64,000 nucleotides of DNA from Psilocybe cubensis (lineage: Eukaryota). The translations under genes were made by a program, and so were the position numbers. How positions within the stretch are numbered: position 1 is the stretch's first letter; each line of letters opens with the position of its first letter. Shown piece by piece: positions 55,371 to 64,000 of this stretch. The notes beneath the pieces are model-generated. The model saw only the letters and a program-made list of their open reading frames with translations. It had not been told where the DNA came from and made no database searches. The stretch spans positions 496,001 through 560,000 of the forward strand of contig CM039000.1 of assembly GCA_017499595.2 (NCBI GenBank), written 5' to 3'.

Positions 55371-56614
55371 TTAGACACGAGAAGACTTCTCAGTGCGAGT
55401 CGAGGATTTGGATTCTCGGAGAGCCTCTGACTTGTGCCTGTGGGTGGAGGGCTCATCAACGGAGTGGCGTTCAGAGGAGTGGCGGCGCGAGCCACCCTCA
55501 GTCTCAGAAAGACGGGACCCTTTGCGGTGAGTGGACGACGAGAGACGGTCCTCGGAGTGACGGTGAGAACCAGAAAGTCTCTCCTCGGAGTGACGGTGAG
55601 CACCGGTGAGCCTGTCCTCGCCGTGGCGGCGAGCACCGGTCAAGCGATCCTCAGAGTGGCGGTGAGATCCAGAGCGCTCTTTCTCTGAGAGACGCGAGCT
55701 CTTGCGAAGGCCAGAGAGCTTGCTGTGCTTGTGTTCGGCGGTGTCCAACTCGTGGCGCGAAAGCTTGGAGTGCTTCCTCAGGGAAGACTTGCCATCAAGT
55801 CCTGATGCCTTGGACTTGCGGAGAGCCTCCTTTCGGAGAGCAGCTTGGTGGTGAGGGTGGGTCTTGTCCTTGAGCGCCTCCCTGTGTGCGGCGTGCTTCG
55901 CCAACAGCTTCTTGGCTTTAGCGTGGTTGGGGTGGTTGGGGTCAGCGAGCGCCTTCTTCAGGGCGTGCTTCCTGGCAGCGGCGGCGTGGCCAGGGTGCGT
56001 CTTGTCCTTGAGAGCGGCCTTCTCCTCGGCGTGCTTCGCAGCAATCTTCTTAGCCTTAGCGTGGTTGGGGTGGTTAGGGTCAGCGAGCGCCTTTTTAAGG
56101 GCGTGCTTCCTCACGGCGGCTTTGTGGTTGGGATTGCTGGGGTCGGCCAATGCGGCTTTGTACGCGGCGTGCTTCGCGGCATGTTTCTCAGACTTGCCAG
56201 TGACGGACTTGGCAGAGTTGGGAGTAGCCGGGGTGTTGGGGGTGTTGGGCGTAGTAGGCGTGGTCGCAGTGGCGGGCGTAGCAGGTGCCGAGCCACCTGT
56301 CACCGGGGTGGTGGCAGACGTGGGGGTGGTCTAAACCATACAAGTAAGCATTGCACATTAACATTGAAAACTTTAATAGAACATACCACTTCGCGAGCTT
56401 CAAGGTCATCTTCATAGTCGAAGAAGCTGCGGGCATCCAAGCTCAATGAGGGGAGCTCACGAGCCTCGAGAGCGAATTCATCAACTTCACGGGCATCGAT
56501 ATCCTGAACTTCACGGGTGGCGAAGGAAGAGGAACCGACGGGGAGTGCGAGGACGCTGGTGGATCCGAGAGCGAGGGCAGAGGCGAGAACAACAAAGTTG
56601 GCGGTGAGCTGCAT
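55371..56614 (-). CDS. Secreted precursor: signal peptide, acidic xxAR-repeat pro-region, His/Lys-rich repeats
   Basis: MQLTANFVVLASALALGSTSVLALP; FATR/IDAR/LEAR/LDAR/LEAR spacers; phase-0 intron 56386-56331; repeats KHALKKALADPNHPNHAKAKK and HRHSEDRLSG. Confidence 0.85.
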
Positions 56615-58874
56615 GATTGAGATTTAAAAGTGGGTGGATGAAGAAGTTTTAAAAAACTGAAAAGAATATCGCAACGTTAGCTGACGAGCTCAAAGACGAC
56701 GCAGGAGAAAAGACACACCAAGTGGATGAAGATTTCTTGAAGTCGTGAATGAATCAAAGGACCAGCCTAAGACTGCACAAGAGAGATGCATGGTCAGCAG
56801 CAAGCACGGCGATGACTAGGCTTGTTGGCTACTCACTAAGTTTGTTAGAGCACCGGGCTTGGGGAAATTTGACAGTGGTACCCATGGTTTAAATACTTTG
56901 GTGGGTATCCCCGAATAGGGCTTGATTTGTATATCGTCGGGGTTCTCACTGTTTCAGCTCTTAGCGCGGAAGCATGGCAGCAGGGCTGTGATATCCATCA
57001 TGACACCATACTTACCCCTCCGCCACACAGGCTTACTGCCATAACATCCATTCTTCAACGAGCTTTTTGGAATTATAACAAGCTACTCGTCTAATTGACT
57101 ATAATATAATGACTGACTTAGTGTTCAAAAACAGGACCCCTATCGATGCATACGCAAGTCAAAGCAGACGTTCACGGAGGCTCACAAAATGAAGGAACAT
57201 GTGGCAAAACAGATGCGGATAATAGACCATTTTCTGATCATCAAAACACTCCTGACTTGCCAAGGTAAACATAGCTTTCATAGCTCCCGGTGCTCCAACG
57301 GCGGCGCCTGGCGCATTTTCTAACTTCGCGCTTCGAGCGGAGCGAACCACGGCGCTGGAATCATGATCATGATTTTATCTCAACGATGGAGTATGTAACT
57401 GCGAAGGCTGACTAGACATCAATGGACGCGCAAACCTGCTTTTTGCTAATTGGCTTTCCTTGGAACCGTTTGACAGGTGAAGGAGGACTGAAATTACAGT
57501 CCCTGGCCGACAAATTCACGTCTCGGTTATTTCGGTACTTTGCGTCTGTCGAAATGCACGCAGCTTTACAATGCGCATCATTGATAATAGCACAACCGGC
57601 TCTAATAATGCGCAGGGTGTAAAGATGTATTTTTCTGTCAGCAATCAGCGATCAGCAATCAGGCTCCAGGCTCCAGTGTTGAAGATTGAATAAAGACGGT
57701 CTCACTGAGCACAGCATCCAAAATGAAGCAGTAAACTGCTTCACTCCGACATAAATCCCCTGCACAAAAATCATGAGTTGTGATGGCAACTACTATGGCG
57801 CAACTGTTCCACTTCCAGCCGTCTCTATTTTTGCCCGCGAAATTTTGACTTTTCTGGGTACACGCTTACCGGTCAAGTCCGTATCGAATGGAGAGTTTCA
57901 AACCGCAATCATACAGAAATTAAAATAATTACTGCATTGCGCAATGCGTGGCTTGTATCGAGGCGTCTGATGATTTTCCGACAGAAGAAGAAGCAGAGAC
58001 ATTCTGACTTGGAACAATAGGTGTTGTTCCTGCAAGTCGGCATTGATTACGTCTGATGCTGGGAACACCGTGAACTTTGGGTCAGGGCTTCAGTTGAGTG
58101 GCATTGACCTTCGGGTCAGGCGGAAAGATGTAGTCTATTGATTGAGGGGTCGTCGGTGTTAAGCGCTCGTACTCATCCATGCTGTTTGCCTCGAAGTGCG
58201 GGTACCGAATTCGTATTGCTAAGCACTTCTTAGTGCACAAAAAAATTCTCAAAAGAAATGCTCAGATAGAAGAACACATAATCATACAATATGAAAGTAT
58301 CCGTAGATAATCAAGCTAAATAAAATGAGCACAAGGACGCTGTTAAAGTCACTTAAGTGCGATTCTTAAAATTTAAAACTTTGAACTCTGCCTCGCAAAT
58401 TAGTACTTTCCGAGTTAAAATTGCTCTCCTCGTCCCGTTATGCTTTGCTTTCTCCGACTCGGATGCCGAATCTTCCATAAATATTTTCGCAATATCACCT
58501 TCAAGCTTGAACTTGAGCTTGACCGGTTGACCATTGAACCTGGACACTCAGTTTACTAACATAGAAAATGAGCTTTCCTTGAACTTTCCTTGAACTTTCC
58601 TCTTGGTTTTTTATGATTCGTGGCCATCTTCTTTTGTAGCCTGCCCAGTGGCAAATCATGTTAAGCTCTAGTGCTAAGTACGAGTGCCCGACAGGATAAT
58701 TTCCATTTTTGTTATCGTGTCTTTATGAGGTCATGATCACGAGCTCTGAAGATGAAGTTCAGCATCCTCTCTGCCTCTTACCACCACCATCCGCAGCGAT
58801 CAAGCAGGCGCCTCCACACATTCAATAGCTCCTCAGACTTCAAACTTCCAGTCGCTCACATATTCAAAATAAAA

Positions 58875-59162
58875 ATGCCGCACCAGCTAAACCACGACAC
58901 TCACGGCTACTTGGCTGTAACATTCTCCCCCAACTCATCGTTCCTCAACGCCCCATCGAGCCTGATCAATGCTTATCCGGGATTGCAATACCAAGGCCAA
59001 GTCGGCGAGCTAAGCGATGTGCATCTTTACAGCATGCCCAAAGACATCTGGCTGAGCGCTCGGGACGATGTTCTGGGTGGACTCAAGAAGGATGGCGACG
59101 TTGTCTACGTGGAGGAGCAGGTTCCAAGACAGCGCGTGAAGCGGGGCGGAGATGAACTGTAG
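58875..59162 (+). CDS. Stand-alone kexin/furin (S8B) prodomain-like protein, 95 aa
   Basis: AAAATG context; YQGQVGELSDVHLYSMPK..VVYVEEQVPRQRVKRGGDEL then TAG; no catalytic domain follows. Confidence 0.75.
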   Translation: MPHQLNHDTHGYLAVTFSPNSSFLNAPSSLINAYPGLQYQGQVGELSDVHLYSMPKDIWLSARDDVLGGLKKDGDVVYVEEQVPRQRVKRGGDEL

Positions 59163-59521
59163 TATTTCTTGAAGGATCTTATTCATGAATTATCGGTGTA
59201 CTTGTAAGTTGATTCCGTATACCCTTGTCGTATCTGGGATATGCATAACTTATTCCTTGTCTCTAATAGTATTTTTGAACATGTATACTATAATATACCA
59301 TCTAATAACGGCTGTTGCTTTTTACGAGCCTCTTTGCGTCGTATGTCGGGTATACAACTGCATTCATCAACTGGCAAAAAAATTGTTGAAGTACCGTGAA
59401 CTGCATGGTCTGCTTAAAGCAGGGTTTACTGTTGGAACTCATTAACAGAATGTGGAAATAAACTCCGCGACGTTCACGAGTCCAGTTCGCCCAACCATAA
59501 AGAAACGAATGGAAAAAGGAA

Positions 59522-59625
59522 TGCCCCCTGCAAGGCTCGAACTTGCGACCTCAGGATTGCGTGAGTTGAACTCACTCATAGGATTACTATGAGACCTGCG
59601 CTCTAGCCAACTGAGCCAAGGAGGC
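59522..59625 (-). tRNA. tRNA-Met(CAT), elongator type, 30-nt intron
   Basis: GCCTCCTTGGCTCAGTTGGCTAGAGCGCAGGTCTCATA[intron]ATCCTGAGGTCGCAAGTTCGAGCCTTGCAGGGGGCA; A and B boxes; T-run terminator. Confidence 0.95.
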
Positions 59626-59807
59626 TGTGCTACTCATCTTCTAACGAAACATCCCGGCTGGCGTTGGACGTCAGGATAGAGTCAAACAAATTCTTCACCG
59701 TCAGTACAACATCTGAACGAGTTTAACATAAAGTATTTAGTTGAAGGTCCTGTTGGGATTCTCTCGTGGTCCAAAAAATCATCTTTCACTCAGAAACAAA
59801 AAGCAAC

Positions 59808-59912
59808 TGCCCCCTGCAAGGCTCGAACTTGCGACCTCAGGATTGCGTGAGTTCTTACTCACTCATAGAGTAACTATGAGACCTGCGCTCTAGCCAACTG
59901 AGCCAAGGAGGC
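59808..59912 (-). tRNA. tRNA-Met(CAT), second copy, 31-nt intron
   Basis: Mature sequence identical to the first copy; different intron; T-run terminator. Confidence 0.95.
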
Positions 59913-60253
59913 TGATGATAGCTACCTCATGACGGTGTCCATCGGACGGCCAGGTAGATATAAGCGCCCAACACTTTATTTATAGCGAAGTCTGATATTC
60001 GTTGGACGAGTCCACATTCCAACACAAAAAGGCTTATAACATTCCCCTGGTGATCGACCAGTTATTCATGGTCAATTTTACTCAACATGCTGTAAAATGC
60101 AGATTGGAATTCATATAATTCAATAAAATTACTTGAGAGCTCATACAGTAGTATATGTACTTGCAGAACAAACGCCCAGAAGAATACTGACATACTGACC
60201 TTGACATAAAATCATGTAAAACTATTAATTAATGTTCTGTTCGTAGACAGAAT

Positions 60254-61531
60254 TTATATCTTGTTAAAGGACCACCCGGCCCATCCATCTCTTCCGCCAA
60301 TAGCTTCTCCCGAATCTAGGTTATACTTATCCGCGCGAAGGCTTTCGATAATAGCTCCTGAAATAACGGCAGCAGCCAGCGGTGCCCAAGATGCTGCGAT
60401 ACACCGGAGCGGCCCATGTCCAAACACAAAACCCATAGACTCTTCCCGCTCCTGAGGTAAACCTTCCAGTTGGGTGTCGTGTCGTGAATGCCTGAATTTT
60501 TCTGCATCCAATCCCCACACATCTTGGCATCGCAAAAGTCTCTCGACGTCCGCGTGGTGTTTCCGTCTGGTCAATGTGTTGTCTGGTTTAGTCCATATAT
60601 CGATGAAAGATGGGCACCATGCGCGTCGTCGTACTCTGGCAATCCGTTTTGAAGGTGGGTGCAGTCTCATTGCCTCGTTGACGACCGATTTGATAGATAC
60701 ATGACGAGAGAGGTGTGGTGCATCCTCCCCTAATTGTTTCTCTCCTCGGAATGCATCTTCAGATGGCGACGAATTAAACGTGCAGAATTCTTCGCAAACG
60801 GTCTCATCGTTGTACGAATACGCAACCGTAGTTGCCACAACTCTCCAAAGGGTCTCCCACGCGGGCACCACAAAATTGAGAGGATAAGGAAACTTCTCCT
60901 CTTCGGCGCCAACGAGTTCGGATAGATGGTTTGAAAGTTGTTCCAAAAGTGTTGCAGGTATAGGCTCTGGCCGCTTGGACAGTGCCCAAAGTGTCGTAAT
61001 ATTTTTTGCAACAGTGCAGACGTCAAGATATGAAAATGAGTCGATGGGTTTGTCCACTCGAAGTAAGCCGACGAGCACGACGATGAGTGTGACGTTCTGG
61101 ATGAAAGAGTCAAATGGGATGCCCGGACTTTCTTGAGATGACTGATCCAATTGTGTTATTTGCCATCTCGCTGCCTCTAATGCAATCCCTTGGAAATGGG
61201 TCCAGCCTCTTCGCTTAGCACTAGTGAGGAGAGACTGCGCCTGTGTGACAAATTCCTTGTGTGTAGCAGGATCGGGACTGACGAAAGTATTTGAAAGATT
61301 AAGAGCGCGAACCAGCCTTTGGTTTGAATCCGCTCGCTCCTTGAGAAGGGTCGCAATGTCGGCGTTAGGAGGATTGAGGACAGCTTTCATCTTGAGCAAG
61401 ATATACTGGTATGCTGGTGTACCCTCAGGCTGACCATTTGAATTGCTGATGAAGATACGTGGTGCAGAGAAGTAAAGCGCCGTCAGGGTAAACACCGACG
61501 CAGAAATGATACAAAGTGTGAAGAAATCCAT
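60254..61531 (-). CDS. Atypical compact cytochrome P450
   Basis: N-terminal TM anchor, ExxR (NEAMRLHPP), heme motif FGHGPLRCIA; 425 aa, intronless. Confidence 0.8.
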   Translation of the reverse strand: MDFFTLCIISASVFTLTALYFSAPRIFISNSNGQPEGTPAYQYILLKMKAVLNPPNADIATLLKERADSNQRLVRALNLSNTFVSPDPATHKEFVTQAQSLLTSAKRRGWTHFQGIALEAARWQITQLDQSSQESPGIPFDSFIQNVTLIVVLVGLLRVDKPIDSFSYLDVCTVAKNITTLWALSKRPEPIPATLLEQLSNHLSELVGAEEEKFPYPLNFVVPAWETLWRVVATTVAYSYNDETVCEEFCTFNSSPSEDAFRGEKQLGEDAPHLSRHVSIKSVVNEAMRLHPPSKRIARVRRRAWCPSFIDIWTKPDNTLTRRKHHADVERLLRCQDVWGLDAEKFRHSRHDTQLEGLPQEREESMGFVFGHGPLRCIAASWAPLAAAVISGAIIESLRADKYNLDSGEAIGGRDGWAGWSFNKI

Positions 61532-62833
61532 GGAGAATGGGTTATGCTATATCTCCACTCGCTTCACTGTCCTTTTGAACAACGAATAAGCGCCTCAATG
61601 TACCTTCTAACTAGGTTGAAGAAGGTCGTGGAAGGTCTTTTCTTATCCTCATAGCATCGAACGTTCTGGAGTGATATCCGCAGCCTGGAGAAATAAGAAT
61701 CGCAAATGGCTTGTCCCGTGTCAACATTCTCGCAGTCCATCAAACTTAGTTACACAGCTTTACCAAATAGGCGCCCGTCCAGCAAGGCTTCATATTCAAC
61801 GATTTCCATGTTCGCATTGGCTATAGTGTAACTTTCTACACCTCAGGAGTTGTATTTAACATATATACTACCCATATTATTGGCTTAATTGACTTCATAC
61901 CTCGATAACATGTCGGTACGGTGTGTTAATGTCCGATGTTGTGGCATGCAGTGGCGGCGGGTCTCCACGACCAGATTAGATACATCTAGGACACGCCGGC
62001 TGCGGCATACGTACGCCCAACCAATAATGTCATGAGGCTCTATGTGCGTGAGTTCTTCATGTACGATCGGAACGGACGGTGTGAGCTAAAGGGAGTGTGC
62101 TATGCAGAACTGTTGTTGATCATGAAGGCGGCAGAGATATTGAAGGTTAGCAGGTTGACTCCATTCAACAAAAATACAAATCAACTTAATAGATTGGGTT
62201 TGTCCTTGGCTGTACTATTTGGTTGATAGCCAAAGAGTAATCTAAACAATGTAATCTGACAATTGGATGCTAACTGAGGCCCACCCAATATAAAAGATTT
62301 GAACATACGACGGAATATGTTCGACGGTAAATATCGTTTTATTAGTTAAAGTAGGCCAAACAATCCAGCGTTTTGTAGATGTTTTCTGTTTTCTCAGGAC
62401 AGGTCCACTCTTGTCACCATTTTGCGAAGCAGTGTAATATGATGGTAGGTATTATTGTGCACTTCTCAGCAAGTAACTCTGCATCTCTCTCGTTTAAATT
62501 CATATAGTCCTCGTTGCGTAGAGTGTAGTATGCAATATAGCCGTTCAAAGAAGGTCCGTTTGAGTGCGGGCATTCGATTGATATACAAACCTCAATTAAT
62601 TCCGGTGCAATATGCGATTTGCACATTCGAAACGAATCTCATCGCCGTTAACATGAACATCGACTGTCATTTAAAAGACGGGGGATATCTAATAAATATC
62701 TAAAAGCGAGAACATCCGAGGTCGTGATGATGAGTGCAGTAAATATACATATGGTGGACATAAAAGAAATGAAGCTCATGACAGAAAACGTAACCACAGC
62801 AACTACTAAGGGAACAGAAGGAAACCCTGTTGT

Positions 62834-64000
62834 TCAAAATTCCTTCGTTGGCATCGAGCTGTAAGGTTTCTTTTTCAAGACACTCGGAATCAAAATAAGA
62901 ACGCTGCACAGAGCGACCACAATCATTTGTAGAACGAGGCCGAGGTTGTCTACGTGATTTCATATAGGTCAGTCATTTGATGGTAGAAAGAAGCGGTACT
63001 GAATTCTTACCAAGCAAGATTCCTAAATTTCCAGAAAGATACTTAAGTTAGCTTGATAATTTATCTGAAAGAGCAAGTGCTTACCAAAGGGAGGGTTCTC
63101 CACAAACAACCCTCGAATAGTCGGCATCGTCAGTATAATCGTCAACGGCAACACCACAATGCCTTCTCCCAAGCTTTCACCGGCCATAACAAGCATTGTG
63201 ATATACGCCACCAGAACCGTCAAGCCCCAGTTCACAATGAACAACAGGAACGTATACATCTTTGCATTCACCGTCCTCCTCAGACCCAGGAACGTATTGC
63301 GGGACTGGATCAGCGTCCCGTTCACGATGGACTCTGTTGGCGTCTCTATTGACTGCGGTGCAAAGTTGTTGACAGGGTCAGCGAACACGGCCTTGATAAT
63401 CGGCAGCGAGGTGTTGTCGTTGGTGTTGATGACGAAGAAGTCGGAGCCGCTGTGGTAAAAGTCGAATGGATACCAAAAGAGTTGGTCATAGACGCGTTTG
63501 GAGCCTAATTGGGCGGTTGCGATGTCAATGGAATGCGTCTTCATGAAATGTACGAATCTTCATCAAGTAACGTCAGCGCCGCACTACAATTGAACAGGAC
63601 TTCAAGACATACCCAGTAGTTTTGTTGGAACGTTTGTCCAATTGGTAAAGGTCTTGCGGATCGTACGTGTTTTCCAGGTTACTTTATAGGCGTTAGTCAA
63701 TCTTCAAGTTTACATCATGGATACGGCCACATACTTGTCAATGTATATATTCAGAGGCACATTCGGCAGTCCGCAGGGAGATTGGCTTGCATCATACGTC
63801 TCCGCTGGTGTTAAGAGGAAGCGTCCGCATGCTCCGACAACCCACTGTACTTCGAATGTTCGCCCAGGAATATCAATTTCAAAAATGTGCCCCAGGAAGA
63901 AGATCTGCAGTACGTTAGCAAAAGGTAGTCATATTAAAACACCTAACCACGTACTCCATCTTGTTTCCCGTTCAGAATATCGCTTTGATACGTCCCTGCT
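62834..64000 (-). CDS. DUF4436-like membrane protein (5' end outside window)
   Basis: Spliced: ..WYPFDFY..LRRTVNAKMYTFLLFIVNWGLT..LPLTIILTMPTIRGLFVENPPFG|ILL|DNLGLVLQMIVVALCS..; TGA at 62834. Confidence 0.7.

Noticed and set aside
55434-56417. Hydrophobic plus-strand ORFs resembling membrane proteins
   Set aside because: Antisense to the Lys/His/Ala repeats of the secreted protein.
58353-58547. 64-aa minus-strand ORF
   Set aside because: No ATG start, supported splice model or motif.

Overview
Eukaryotic, intron-rich DNA from an agaricomycete (mushroom-forming) fungus; most ORF-track entries are exon fragments or shadow frames. Bases 1 to ~8.7 kb look like one end of a KDZ (Kyakuja-Dileera-Zisupton) transposon: a CxC2-type transposase running off the left edge, plus three spliced probable cargo genes, one a repeat-rich Zn(II)2Cys6 protein. 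Next come a degenerate P-loop GTPase, a decayed stretch containing a hidden 4-exon orphan gene, and then mostly ordinary genes: Rds1-like ferritin-fold protein, three F-box-like proteins, RPF2, a 7TM protein with Ste2-like motifs, TFB6-like, an MLKL-like-NTD protein, DUF6697, an SDR, a Cin1/intersectin-like gene, CDC73, an inositol polyphosphate kinase, a secreted His/Lys-rich repeat protein, a stand-alone kexin/furin prodomain-like ORF, two intron-containing tRNA-Met genes, an atypical P450 and a DUF4436-like membrane protein. The strongest novelty candidates are the free kexin prodomain (head-to-head with the secreted repeat precursor), the KDZ cargo set, the Ste2-like receptor, the MLKL-like protein, and two abutting introns in an F-box gene. 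Gene models were spliced by hand and family calls come from motif recognition, not database searches.
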